A DNA stretch of 64,000 nucleotides from contig DIPH01000038.1 in NCBI GenBank assembly GCA_002424045.1, positions 12,686 to 76,685 of the forward strand. Direction: 5' to 3'. This document shows, piece by piece, positions 37,024 through 46,375 of the stretch. Numbering within the stretch: the stretch's first letter is position 1; the number at the start of each line of letters is the position of its first letter. The position numbers were made by a program, and so were the translations under genes. The stretch is from Firmicutes bacterium UBA5493. Lineage in GTDB: Bacteria; Bacillota; Limnochordia; Darwinibacteriales; Darwinibacteriaceae. Under the pieces are notes generated by a model. It saw only the letters and a list, made by a program, of their open reading frames with translations, was not told where the DNA came from and did not search any database.

Positions 37024-38280
37024 TTGGCCCTTTTGCCAGGGAAAAAACTAGGATCCCGCACGCTGCGTTTTGGCCACAAGGGACCAGATGTGGCAGAGTT
37101 GCATGCCTTTTTGCGCCTCCAGGGCTATGACCTCGGCACAGAATGGGACTTTGGTTATTTGACCAAAGATGCGGTTAGGCGGTGGCAACGTGACCATGGA
37201 CTTGTGGCCGATGGCATTGCCGGGAAGCGTTTTTTTGCTTTGGCCTTGAAAAAGAACGTGCCCATTCAGAGGAGAGTTCATGTGGTGGAGCCTGGGGAAA
37301 CACTGGAGCAAATTGCCGATCTCTACGAGGTGGGGCCTGAAGCCTTCGTCGGCACCGGCCACAAGCGGACAGTCTATCCCGGTCAGCGCCTGATCTTTTT
37401 TGACCGGGAAATCTGGGGCATCTGCACAAGTACTCTAAGAGGAGATCTACCCCTAACCGGGGTCGTGTACCAGGGTCGTCCACTGGGCTCCCTGCAGGGA
37501 CCTTGCGTAATTAGGCCAGATCTTGGCCATGATTCTGACGTGGTGAGAATCCATCACCATCTGCGCACCCCTTGGAAACGAAAACAGACAGCTCAGAGCT
37601 TCTTGGAATCCATAGAGGGCCAGGGTTGTCATGGTCTCTACCTTCCGTGGAGGGCGGTAGCGCCTTTGGACGGGAGGCGTTATCTCAAACTTCTAAAGCT
37701 ACTTAGACGCAGACTCAAACCCCCTGCCATGCTGTGGGCAGAGCTCGGACCTGAGGTGCCCCATTGGAAGCTCTGGGGAGGCGTAGATTATTCCTATGTA
37801 AATCATCTCGTGGATCGGGTGGTCCTAGATGTGCCTCCCCCACTTAGGCCGGGACCCCTATTTGAACGCAGTCGCGGGGAAGAACTGGTGGATTGGCTCT
37901 TGCCCTCCATCCATTCCTGGAAAATTCTCCTCAAGGTTCCTGTCTATGCACTACAGTGGGAGTTTGGCCCAGGGGACATGGAGGAAGGGGGCACCCCAAG
38001 CCGTTTGCCTTACCAGACGGCCCTTTCGAAAGCGTTTCGCCACGGTGCCCGTCTCAGCCAGGACAAAGGGGGATTTTCGTACTACTCCTATAAACAACGG
38101 GGTACCGAATACCACATTCGCCTTCCCCACCATAGTCTCATGGCAGAGACTTCTGCTGTGGCTAATCGCCATAACCTAGCAGGGTTGATCCTTGATGAAC
38201 TGGGGATGGAAGATCCCAGAATCTGGCAGACCCTCACCAGCCACTTTCGCCCCGCTTCTTTGAATATTTCTGATGAATAG
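37024..38280 (+). CDS. Peptidoglycan-binding (PG_binding_1) plus LysM protein with a GH18-like C-terminal barrel lacking the catalytic DxxDxDxE motif
   Basis: GPDVAELHAFLRLQGYDLG....G.....AV.RWQRDHGLVADGIAG (PG_binding_1), then HVVEPGETLEQIADLYEV......VYPGQRLIF (LysM). The C-terminal region has the GH18-like spacing (GLYLPWRAV where DGxDxDxE is expected; VDYSYVNHLVDRVVLDV). Confidence 0.5.
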   Translation: MALLPGKKLGSRTLRFGHKGPDVAELHAFLRLQGYDLGTEWDFGYLTKDAVRRWQRDHGLVADGIAGKRFFALALKKNVPIQRRVHVVEPGETLEQIADLYEVGPEAFVGTGHKRTVYPGQRLIFFDREIWGICTSTLRGDLPLTGVVYQGRPLGSLQGPCVIRPDLGHDSDVVRIHHHLRTPWKRKQTAQSFLESIEGQGCHGLYLPWRAVAPLDGRRYLKLLKLLRRRLKPPAMLWAELGPEVPHWKLWGGVDYSYVNHLVDRVVLDVPPPLRPGPLFERSRGEELVDWLLPSIHSWKILLKVPVYALQWEFGPGDMEEGGTPSRLPYQTALSKAFRHGARLSQDKGGFSYYSYKQRGTEYHIRLPHHSLMAETSAVANRHNLAGLILDELGMEDPRIWQTLTSHFRPASLNISDE

Positions 38281-38353
38281 ACATGTTTTGCCGGCGCTCT
38301 TCATAGATATTAGGGAAATAGCAAACAAGTTTATGGCAAAAAGGGGGAGAGAG

Positions 38354-39937
38354 ATGAGCCTAAGTGTGAAAGAAAGCCGCCTTGTTGCGGTAAATCGTGT
38401 GGGGGAAAATGCGCTTCAAACAGTCCTCCAGGGTAAGGTTGAATTGCCCAGCACCGCAGCTCCCGTAGAAAGAATCGTTTGGGTGAAGGGCACGCCGACT
38501 GTGCAGTCCATCACCGCAGACCAAGATCGTGTCTATGTCCAGGGAGCAATCGATCTAAGCATGGTCTATGTGCCTGAGACCTTAGAAGACGAGCAAGCGG
38601 GATTAAGGCGGGTGGAATGGCCTAGTGCCCTCCCCTTTGACACTCATGTAGAGGTAATTGGGGCGGAGCCGGAGATGATGGCTGAGGTAGAAATGAAGAC
38701 CCTAGCTTGCGAATGGGATCTTGCTGGGGGACAATATTCACTGGATGTGGACCTCATGGTGGCGATACTGGCACGGGTGGAGCAGGTCCGGGAATATGTG
38801 GCCATCACTGACGTGAACATGGCGCAACCTGTCAAACTCACCACCGATGGAGTGATCTTACATCCACTACCATCCGCTCTGAAGCTCAAGGTCGACAAAG
38901 AAATTACTGGAATGTTGGAGTTTTCTGGGGAAGGGATAGCACATCTAGGATCCATCCTAGATGTGACAACAAAGATTCAGCTGCAGGAAACCGAGGTTAG
39001 CCAAGGTAAGCTGGTGACCAAGGGTGTAGCTAGTCTAAACGTGCTCTACGAAGGGGAAGATCTGACCGTAGAGCTACGGGACTTTCCACAAGCCCTCCCC
39101 TTTGAACTCGTCTTTGAAGACAAAGAGATCGAGGCAGGCATGACCCTCGAGCCCCGTCTTTACGGCCAGAGTGAGGCTTTTGTAGTGAATGACGGTCAAA
39201 GCGCCCGGGTTGAGATGCATCTTCAAGGCAACCTGCTCTTACGGGACCATCAACCCATACAAATCCTTACAGAAATTGGAGCCCCAGGCAATCAGGTGGA
39301 GGTGCGTAAAGAGCTTGTGGCCCTGGACAGCTTTGTAAGCAAGAAAGAGCAGCAGCAAGTGGTGCGGGGGCTCATTGAACTCGGTCCGTCCCTCCCACCC
39401 ATGCGGGAACTTCTAGTCAGCACGGCTGTCGCCCATGTGACAGATTATGAAGTGGAAAATGATAAGCTCATTGTGGAAGGCGTTTTGGACGTGGAGCTGT
39501 TCTACTTAGCCCATTCCGAAGAGGATACCAAACCCTTATTTAGAGGGGTGTTCCCAGAGGTAATTCCATTCCAGCAAACACTGGCAGTTCCTGGCTTAGA
39601 GCTAGGTATGCAGCCTAGAATTCAGGTGGAAGTTCTGGCGGTGCAGCCAGATCTAATCAACAGAGAAACACTTGAAGCAGCTCTCACACTGCGTTTTACT
39701 GTTGATGTTGTGGAATACTTAGAGGTGGAAGTGGTCGTTGAAGCAGTGGAAGTGGACCCCATGGAGGAAGATCCTCCCACCCTAACCTACATCTTCGTAC
39801 AGAGCGGCGATACCATTTGGAAGTTATCACGTAAGTACCATACAACCGAAGGGGCCATCATAGATGCCAATCCCAGCCTTCAGGATGACCCTTTGACGCT
39901 GAAAGTCGGTCAGAGTCTGTACATTCCACGCAAATAA
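38354..39937 (+). CDS. DUF3794-repeat protein with a C-terminal LysM domain (SipL-like sporulation protein)
   Basis: The repeated architecture resembles clostridial SipL. The C-terminus YIFVQSGDTIWKLSRKYHTTEGAIIDANPSL....L.VGQSLYIP is LysM. The ATG at 38354 follows AGGGGGAG. Confidence 0.55.
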   Translation: MSLSVKESRLVAVNRVGENALQTVLQGKVELPSTAAPVERIVWVKGTPTVQSITADQDRVYVQGAIDLSMVYVPETLEDEQAGLRRVEWPSALPFDTHVEVIGAEPEMMAEVEMKTLACEWDLAGGQYSLDVDLMVAILARVEQVREYVAITDVNMAQPVKLTTDGVILHPLPSALKLKVDKEITGMLEFSGEGIAHLGSILDVTTKIQLQETEVSQGKLVTKGVASLNVLYEGEDLTVELRDFPQALPFELVFEDKEIEAGMTLEPRLYGQSEAFVVNDGQSARVEMHLQGNLLLRDHQPIQILTEIGAPGNQVEVRKELVALDSFVSKKEQQQVVRGLIELGPSLPPMRELLVSTAVAHVTDYEVENDKLIVEGVLDVELFYLAHSEEDTKPLFRGVFPEVIPFQQTLAVPGLELGMQPRIQVEVLAVQPDLINRETLEAALTLRFTVDVVEYLEVEVVVEAVEVDPMEEDPPTLTYIFVQSGDTIWKLSRKYHTTEGAIIDANPSLQDDPLTLKVGQSLYIPRK

Positions 39938-39955
39938 GGCTTCTTTGATGCTAGT

Positions 39956-39987
39956 GCCCTTTGCCACCTTTGGCAAAGGGCTCTTTG
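39956..39987 (+). terminator. Terminator after the SipL-like gene
   Basis: GCCCTTTGCCA-CCTT-TGGCAAAGGGC followed by TCTTTG. Confidence 0.7.
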
Positions 39988-40067
39988 CGATCAGAAATTG
40001 GACGCCCATCTTGGACGCCCATCTTGGGCACAATACACCTGGACCAAATGGAAAAGGGGTAGATGAG

Positions 40068-40499
40068 ATGCTTGCGCTTTTCTTGGCAGCTTTATCCGGA
40101 ATGTTCATGGCTTTACAGGGTTCTCTAAACACTGCGTTGGCGAAAGTGGTAGGTTTATTGGAGGGGACGTTCATTGTACATGTGGTGGGTTCTGTTTTGA
40201 GCTTGGGGCTCCTTTTGGTAGGACTAGGCATGGGGAGCTTGGGCCATGCAGCGAAAGCACCCTGGTATACCTACTTAGGCGGGATCCTCAGTGTTGGTAT
40301 TATTTACCTGGTGGTGGCAGCCATTTCTAAGGTAGGGGTTGCCTCTGCTACTACCGCCATTATTCTAGGGCAGGTCTTCACCGCAGCTTTAGTTGATCAC
40401 TTAGGCTGGTTTGGCCTAGAACCCGTTCCCTTTAGCCTTTGGAAGGGTTTGGGTATTCTCCTTATGGCCGGTGGCGCCTGGTTACTTTTGTCCCGCTGA
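40068..40499 (+). CDS. DMT-superfamily small membrane protein (YdcZ/DUF606-like)
   Basis: About 143 aa with 5 TM helices and LSGMFMALQGSLNTALAKVVG. The ATG at 40068 follows AAGGGG. The upstream part of the track ORF covers the terminator and a tandem repeat. Confidence 0.6.
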   Translation: MLALFLAALSGMFMALQGSLNTALAKVVGLLEGTFIVHVVGSVLSLGLLLVGLGMGSLGHAAKAPWYTYLGGILSVGIIYLVVAAISKVGVASATTAIILGQVFTAALVDHLGWFGLEPVPFSLWKGLGILLMAGGAWLLLSR

Positions 40500-40557
40500 A
40501 TACAGAAGGAATTTTCCTTTACGTGCGGAAATAAAGGTACGATGGGAGGAGTGCTTC

Positions 40558-41466
40558 GTGATAACTGTTATGGACAAGATCACTCTGAAGGCCTACGCCA
40601 AGGTGAACCTAACCTTAGATGTGGTAGGGCGCAGGGCTGACGGTTATCACCTCTTGAAAAGTGTAATGCAGTCCATTTCACTATCTGACACCATTACTCT
40701 CCAAAAAAAGGCCCAGCAGGGTATTTCCATCGAAAGTGATCACCCCCTGGTACCTAACGACGAGACGAATATTTGCTGGCGTGCTGCAAAGGCCTTTTGG
40801 ACCCACACCGGCTTGCCAGGTAGGACTAGTGTGGCCATCTCCTTGACAAAGGCCATCCCTGTGGGTGCTGGCTTAGGCGGCGGAAGTGCCGATGCTGCAG
40901 CCGTTCTTTATGGATTGAATAAGCTGTATAAAACGGAGTTAGCTTTAGGTGAATTGCAGAAGATCGGGTTGACCATTGGCGCCGATGTTCCTTTTTGCCT
41001 GCAAGGAGGTACTTGCCTCGTAGAGGGCATTGGGGAGAGGGTGACTTCTGTGCGGCCCTTCCCAAAGGTGGCCCTGGTCCTTGTTAAGCCGGAGGCTTCG
41101 GTCTCAACGGCTAAAATCTATAGTAAGCTAGAGCCCTATGCCCATGGTGGTGACTCCACAGACCGTTTGCTGGAGTTTCTGCATGGCGGGAGTCTAGCCT
41201 GGGATCATATTCTTGAAAATGCCTTAGAATCGGTTACCGCCGATTTAGTGCCCGAAGTGGGTCTGTGGAAAAAGAGGCTCTTGGATCATGGAGCGGTTTT
41301 TAGCCTGATGAGCGGGAGTGGACCGACTGTTTTTGGCCTTTTTACAAGCCTTATCCAGGCTCAAGATTTTCAGGACCGCTATAGGGAGGAAGGGCAGGTC
41401 TTTGTGGTTAGCTTAATGGATAAAGGTGTAGATGTGTCCGAGATGAACGGAGGAGACCAACAGTGA
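40558..41466 (+). CDS. ispE: 4-diphosphocytidyl-2-C-methyl-D-erythritol kinase
   Basis: KAYAKVNLTLDVVGRRADGYH and the GHMP motif IPVGAGLGGGSADAAA. The GTG at 40558 is 8 nt after GGGAGGAG; the alternative ATG is at 40570. Confidence 0.9.
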   Translation: MITVMDKITLKAYAKVNLTLDVVGRRADGYHLLKSVMQSISLSDTITLQKKAQQGISIESDHPLVPNDETNICWRAAKAFWTHTGLPGRTSVAISLTKAIPVGAGLGGGSADAAAVLYGLNKLYKTELALGELQKIGLTIGADVPFCLQGGTCLVEGIGERVTSVRPFPKVALVLVKPEASVSTAKIYSKLEPYAHGGDSTDRLLEFLHGGSLAWDHILENALESVTADLVPEVGLWKKRLLDHGAVFSLMSGSGPTVFGLFTSLIQAQDFQDRYREEGQVFVVSLMDKGVDVSEMNGGDQQ

Positions 41467-42233
41467 TGAAAGTGGATGCCGTAGTATTAGCGGGAGCCCC
41501 GAATACTGGCCAGCTTCAAGAGGTCCGTTCGGAAAAGTGGGAGGCGGAAATTCCCATTCACGGCAAGCCCATGGTGAATTACGTGATTGAGGCGTTACTA
41601 AGTTCATCTCACATTGCAGATGTAGTTGTGGTGGCGCCACCGGAGATCAAAGAGGCGCTGTCGCCCCAGGCCAGATGGGTGGAGGCTGGGGGTAGTCTCA
41701 CCGAGAATATTTTCCGCGCCATGGACGTTTTAGAAAAGAAGAATGAAGTCCTCTTTGTTACATCTGATGTCCCCTTTCTTCATGCCGAAGCCATCGATGA
41801 TTTTATCCATCGTTGCCAGGAGCTTAAGGGTGAGATCTTTTATCCTCTGATCTCCCGGGAAGCCAATGAGCAACACTACCCTGAGACAATTCGCACGTAT
41901 TTTACCCTCAAAGAAGGGGAGTTTACCGGGGGCAATATTTTGCTGGCCAATCCCCAGGCTGTGATGAACTCACGCTGGGTGATGGATCAAGTGATCGCCA
42001 GGCGTAAGAAACCCTGGAAGATCATTCGGATGCTCGGTTTTTTCTTCATCCTCAAATTCTGTACAAAACAGCTCACCCTGCGTGAATTGGAGCAGAGGGC
42101 CAGTGACATTTTGGGCCATAGTGGTGTATTCATCATTTCGCCCTATCCAGAGCTGAGTACAGACGTGGACAAACCAAGCGATCTTGAATTGGCAGAAAAG
42201 ATTATTGCCGCCGTGCAAGACAAGGAGGCCTAG
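41463..42233 (+). CDS. MobA-like NTP-transferase domain protein (unknown substrate)
   Basis: AVVLAGAPNTG N-terminal nucleotide-binding loop and TSDVPFL. It lies between ispE and purR. Confidence 0.5.
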   Translation: MMKVDAVVLAGAPNTGQLQEVRSEKWEAEIPIHGKPMVNYVIEALLSSSHIADVVVVAPPEIKEALSPQARWVEAGGSLTENIFRAMDVLEKKNEVLFVTSDVPFLHAEAIDDFIHRCQELKGEIFYPLISREANEQHYPETIRTYFTLKEGEFTGGNILLANPQAVMNSRWVMDQVIARRKKPWKIIRMLGFFFILKFCTKQLTLRELEQRASDILGHSGVFIISPYPELSTDVDKPSDLELAEKIIAAVQDKEA

Positions 42234-42234
42234 C

Positions 42235-43047
42235 ATGAGGCGAGCACACCGCATTGCGGCCATTACGAAAACCTTAGTGGAAAGACCTCATCATGTTTTT
42301 GCCGTGGGGGAATTTGCCGATCTTTTTGGAGTGGCTCGTTCCACCCTATCGGAAGATCTGGCCATTATTCGCGCCACCTTTGAGACCTTACATATGGGAA
42401 AAGTAGAGACCATCTCCGGAGCAGTAGGAGGAGTGCGCTATCTTCCCCTCTTAACGAGGGAACACATTCTTTCCCACATAGAAGATATTTGCTCCCGCCT
42501 TCGGGAGCCCCAGCGCATCTTACCTGGAGGCTTTGTCTATATTGATGATCTAATTTCTTCTCCCGAGATATTGCCAACAGTAGGTTCGATCTTCGCTACA
42601 GAATTTGGCGATCATGCCCCTGAGTATGTGGTTACCGTTGAGACCGCGGGTATTCCCGTCGCTTTGCAGGTAGCCCACGCACTAGATGTACCCCTGGTTG
42701 TGGTGCGCAGACAAAGTCGTCTCACTGAAGGCCCGGTTTTGACCATGAACTTCTTGTCCGGTTCCACTCGGCAGGTGGAAACCATGGCCCTCTCCAGACG
42801 GGCTTTGCCCCGGGGCCGTAAGGTACTCTTAATCGATGACTTTATGAAGGCTGGAGGCACACTCCGGGGTCTTACGGACCTTATGGGAGAGTTTGAGTGC
42901 ACGGTGGTGGGCAAGGGTGTACTCATCGAGACGGGCTGGCCTGAAGAAAAGCTTATAGACGATCATCTTTCTTTGATTTACTTGCATGAAGTCGATGTAA
43001 AGGAGCAGAAAGTGGTGGTTCGACCGGCTGATTGGATTTCTCTCTAG
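42235..43047 (+). CDS. purR: Purine operon repressor PurR
   Basis: N-terminal MRRAHRIAAITKTLVERP....F....FADLFGVARSTLSEDL and the PRT-type domain VLLIDDFMKAGGT. The ATG at 42235 follows AAGGAGG. Confidence 0.9.
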   Translation: MRRAHRIAAITKTLVERPHHVFAVGEFADLFGVARSTLSEDLAIIRATFETLHMGKVETISGAVGGVRYLPLLTREHILSHIEDICSRLREPQRILPGGFVYIDDLISSPEILPTVGSIFATEFGDHAPEYVVTVETAGIPVALQVAHALDVPLVVVRRQSRLTEGPVLTMNFLSGSTRQVETMALSRRALPRGRKVLLIDDFMKAGGTLRGLTDLMGEFECTVVGKGVLIETGWPEEKLIDDHLSLIYLHEVDVKEQKVVVRPADWISL

Positions 43048-43128
43048 ACGGTGTGCCGCCTGTGGCACCTTTGCACTTCACTGAGGCACTTTGGCTCCGC
43101 CGCCGTGGGCGGGGTTTTTTCTTGCGAG

Positions 43129-43668
43129 ATGGAGGTGAGAGCGATAAAAGAAGATTACGGCCTTCGCACGGAGCAAAGAGTCCTGGACGAACTCTCAAGG
43201 CGCAAGCTTCCCTGTGAGCCCCGTGTGCATATAGGAGATCTTGAGGTCGATATCTTGGTGGGTGAGCGCATCTGTGTGGAGGTCGATGGGTATTACCACG
43301 CCCTCAAAGAAAAAGTGTCCAAGGATGCCACCAAGGAGAAGCATCTTGAATCCTTAGGTTATGTTGTTTTGCGCATCAACGCGGCAGATGCCAAGAACCG
43401 CCGCCGACTCCGGGAGTTCGCATCGTCTGTGGTAAAGGTATATGACGAGGAGAGGAACCGCGAGTCCCAGAGAGAGAAGGCCTTAACCAGGGGGATCCCC
43501 CAGGAAGAACTCCAGCAGCTGAAAGTCAAGCTGGAAAAAGAAAGAGAAAAAGAAAAGCAAGCTGAAGAACAAGCTGAAAAACAAGAGTCCATCAGGGCCA
43601 AGAAACTCACGGATGAAGAACTCTTTTTACAAGCCATAGAGGATCTTTCAAAACGAGGAAGGAAGTAA
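43129..43668 (+). CDS. DUF559 (Vsr/restriction-endonuclease-like fold) protein with a Lys/Glu-rich coiled-coil tail
   Basis: DLEVDILVGERICVEVDGYYHALKEKVSKDATKEKHLESLGYVVLRINAAD fits the DUF559 core (vDf..........vE.DG..H.......D..R...L...G..vlR). The start is uncertain: no good RBS precedes 43129, and the track start at 43051 spans the purR terminator. Confidence 0.55.
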   Translation: MEVRAIKEDYGLRTEQRVLDELSRRKLPCEPRVHIGDLEVDILVGERICVEVDGYYHALKEKVSKDATKEKHLESLGYVVLRINAADAKNRRRLREFASSVVKVYDEERNRESQREKALTRGIPQEELQQLKVKLEKEREKEKQAEEQAEKQESIRAKKLTDEELFLQAIEDLSKRGRK

Positions 43669-43712
43669 ACTAGTCTTCTCGAAGTGCTTAGTGACGTGAA
43701 GGAGGAAGAACG

Positions 43713-44714
43713 ATGGAACAAGCAGCGGCCATGATCCTAGCTGCGGGCCAAGGCTCTCGCATGCAGTCAAAGAAGGCCAAAGTCCTGCATGAGCTGGCAG
43801 GCTTAGAGATGGTAAATCATACAGTGCGCAGTGTACGACTGGCGTCCTTTGCTCCGATCATTGTAGTTGTTGGTTACCAAGCTGACAGAGTTAAGGCCGT
43901 CCTAGATGGTGTGTCGTTGGCGGAACAAAAGGAACAGCTTGGAACGGGTCATGCCGTTGATCAGTGCCGGACGCTCTTAGAGGATTTTGACGGACCGGTT
44001 CTGGTGACCTATGGTGATACGCCCCTCTTTCGCAGTGCGACGTTCCATAATCTCTTGGAATACCATAACCAAAGTAAGGCTGCTGCAACGATTTTGACAG
44101 CCGTATTTGCTGATCCTACAGGCTATGGCCGGGTTGTCAGGGCCAAGGGTGGCGAGGTCCTTGGCGTTGTGGAACATAAAGATGCCAATGACCAAGAGCG
44201 ACAGATCAAGGAGATTAATACCGGTACCTATTGTTTCGACAGTAAGCTACTTTTTCATTACTTAACCCAAATTACACCCGCAAACGCGCAGGCTGAGTAT
44301 TATTTGCCGGATGTGCTACCCTTGATGATCAAGGGCGGCCACAAGATTGACGGGTTTGTCTTAGAGGATGCCACAGAAAGCATGGGTATTAATGATCGTA
44401 TCCAGCTTGCGGAGGCGGAGGCCATTTTGCGGGACCGCATTTGCAACTATTGGCAAAGGACGGGCGTAACCATTATGGATCCCAAATCTACTTGGATCGA
44501 ATGGGATTGTCAAATTGGCCAGGATACTGTGATTTACCCGGGGAGCTTCATTCAAAAGGGGACCACAATCGGACAAGACTGCAAAATTGGTCCCAATTGC
44601 CGCTTAGTGGAAGCACAAATTGCTGATGGCGTCATACTAGAAAACACAATTGTTGCAGGCAGGGTGGTGGCCAAGGGAGAAAAAATTGCACCTTTTTCGT
44701 TGATGACCAAGTAA
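43713..44714 (+). CDS. glmU: GlmU-like UDP-N-acetylglucosamine pyrophosphorylase, C-terminally short (333 aa)
   Basis: ILAAGQGSRMQSKKAKVLH, LGTGHAV, YGDTPL, NTGTYCF and the first left-handed beta-helix turns (IGQDTVIYPGSFIQKGTTIGQDCKIGPNCRL). The ORF stops 21 nt before prs. Confidence 0.8.
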   Translation: MEQAAAMILAAGQGSRMQSKKAKVLHELAGLEMVNHTVRSVRLASFAPIIVVVGYQADRVKAVLDGVSLAEQKEQLGTGHAVDQCRTLLEDFDGPVLVTYGDTPLFRSATFHNLLEYHNQSKAAATILTAVFADPTGYGRVVRAKGGEVLGVVEHKDANDQERQIKEINTGTYCFDSKLLFHYLTQITPANAQAEYYLPDVLPLMIKGGHKIDGFVLEDATESMGINDRIQLAEAEAILRDRICNYWQRTGVTIMDPKSTWIEWDCQIGQDTVIYPGSFIQKGTTIGQDCKIGPNCRLVEAQIADGVILENTIVAGRVVAKGEKIAPFSLMTK

Positions 44715-44735
44715 AATGGAGGGTACAGAGCCAAC

Positions 44736-45683
44736 ATGAGACAGGCTAGTAAGAGATTGAAGGTGTTTTCGGGGAATGCTAATAGGGAGTTAGCTCTCGA
44801 TATCTGTCGATACCTAGGTTTAGAACTGGGATTATCTGAGTTATATCGCTTTAAAGACGGCGAAATACGCTGTAGGATCGGGGAGACGGTGCGCGGATCC
44901 GAAGTCTATATTATACAGCCGTTGAATTACCCTTCCGCAGAGCATATCATGGAGCTCTTAATTATGATTGATGCCATGAAGAGGGCATCGGCTAAAGTGG
45001 TTTGTGCTGTTATTCCTTACTATGCGTATGCTCGTCAAGACCGCAAAGCCCAACCGCGGGATCCGATTTCAGCCAAGCTCTTGGCTAATGTCCTTACCGC
45101 AGCAGGGGCTGATCGGGTAGTAACCTTAGATTTACATGCAGGACAAATTCAGGGATTTTTTGATATTCCTGTGGACAATCTAAAAGGTATACCCATCATT
45201 GCCGAGTACTTGATACAAAAGAAGCTAAAAGATGTTATTGTAGTCTCTCCTGATGTGGGCGGCGTGGTTCGCTCTAGGGAACTTGCCGATCGTCTCCATT
45301 GCGGGCTGGCCATTGTAGATAAGCGTCGTCCGGAGCCCAACATGGCCCAAGTGATGAATCTTATTGGCGATGTAGAGGGCAAGACGGCAGTTCTCATTGA
45401 TGACATGATCGACACAGGCGGAACCATTGTAAATGCGGGCAATGCCCTTTTAGATAAGGGAGCGAGGGCTGTTTATGCCTGCTGTACCCATGCCGTTTTC
45501 TCAGACCCAGCTGTAGACATTATGCAGAATAGTCCTCTGAAAGAAGTGATTGTGACAGACAGTATTCATTTGCCTGTGGAGAAGCAAATTCCGAAGGTCA
45601 CAGTCCTTTCCGTAGCTCCCCTCTTGGCCGAGGCGATTCGGAGGATCTTCGAAGAAATACCCGTAAGCATGTTGTTTGACTAA
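44736..45683 (+). CDS. prs: Ribose-phosphate pyrophosphokinase
   Basis: KVFSGNAN.ELA..I, YYAYARQDRK, DLHAGQIQGFF, VLIDDMIDTGGT. Confidence 0.95.
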   Translation: MRQASKRLKVFSGNANRELALDICRYLGLELGLSELYRFKDGEIRCRIGETVRGSEVYIIQPLNYPSAEHIMELLIMIDAMKRASAKVVCAVIPYYAYARQDRKAQPRDPISAKLLANVLTAAGADRVVTLDLHAGQIQGFFDIPVDNLKGIPIIAEYLIQKKLKDVIVVSPDVGGVVRSRELADRLHCGLAIVDKRRPEPNMAQVMNLIGDVEGKTAVLIDDMIDTGGTIVNAGNALLDKGARAVYACCTHAVFSDPAVDIMQNSPLKEVIVTDSIHLPVEKQIPKVTVLSVAPLLAEAIRRIFEEIPVSMLFD

Positions 45684-45733
45684 ACCTTGCAAGAATGGTA
45701 TTATAAGTCGGATGGAAAGGAGGCAGCGAAAAA

Positions 45734-46375
45734 ATGGCAAATTACCAGCTATCCGTGGAAGAGAGAACCCAAACCGGTAAATCCTATGCTCGGAAACTCA
45801 GAGCGAATGGAAAGATTCCTGCAGTTATATATGGCTCCGGGAAAGAGTCCGCAAGTGTTGAAGTGGGCATTCGCGACGTAGAGAAGGCACTGGCTGCCCA
45901 TGGCAGTCTCATTGACTTAAACCTTAAGGGAGCGAGCAGGACTGTCTTAGTGAAAGACATGCATCGCGATCCGGTGCGGGGTACATTGCAACATGTAGAC
46001 TTCCATGAAATTGATCTGACCAAGAAGTTAGAAATCACTGTACCCATTCGGGTGGTGGGTGAAGATCGGCGTCCTAATGACGGTGGTGTTGTTCAAATTC
46101 TACTTTGGGAAGTCGAGGTACTCTGCTTACCGACAGACATTCCTGAGTCCATCACGGTTGATGTGAGCGAAGTCGAATTAGAGAACACGATCAACGTTGG
46201 GCAATTGGATCTACCCTCCGGTGTGGAAGTGCTCGTAGATGCTGACGAAGCTGTTTTGAAAGTTGGTATTCCAGCTGAAGTGGATCTCGGTGAAGAAGAC
46301 GTTGATGAGCTTGCTGACGGCGAAGAAGCTGAAGCAGACGCAGAGCCAGAAGCTGTTGAGGAAGAAGCCGAATAA
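45734..46375 (+). CDS. rplY: 50S ribosomal protein L25 / general stress protein Ctc
   Basis: R...GK..ARKLRANGKIPAVIYG, HRDPVRGTLQHVDF, and an acidic C-terminal extension. Confidence 0.92.
   Translation: MANYQLSVEERTQTGKSYARKLRANGKIPAVIYGSGKESASVEVGIRDVEKALAAHGSLIDLNLKGASRTVLVKDMHRDPVRGTLQHVDFHEIDLTKKLEITVPIRVVGEDRRPNDGGVVQILLWEVEVLCLPTDIPESITVDVSEVELENTINVGQLDLPSGVEVLVDADEAVLKVGIPAEVDLGEEDVDELADGEEAEADAEPEAVEEEAE

Noticed and set aside
41850-41863. NBS-like sequence ATCTCCCGGGAAGC in the NTP-transferase gene
   Set aside because: Only 11 of 14 positions match the palindrome. That is too degenerate to distinguish from chance without genome-wide statistics.
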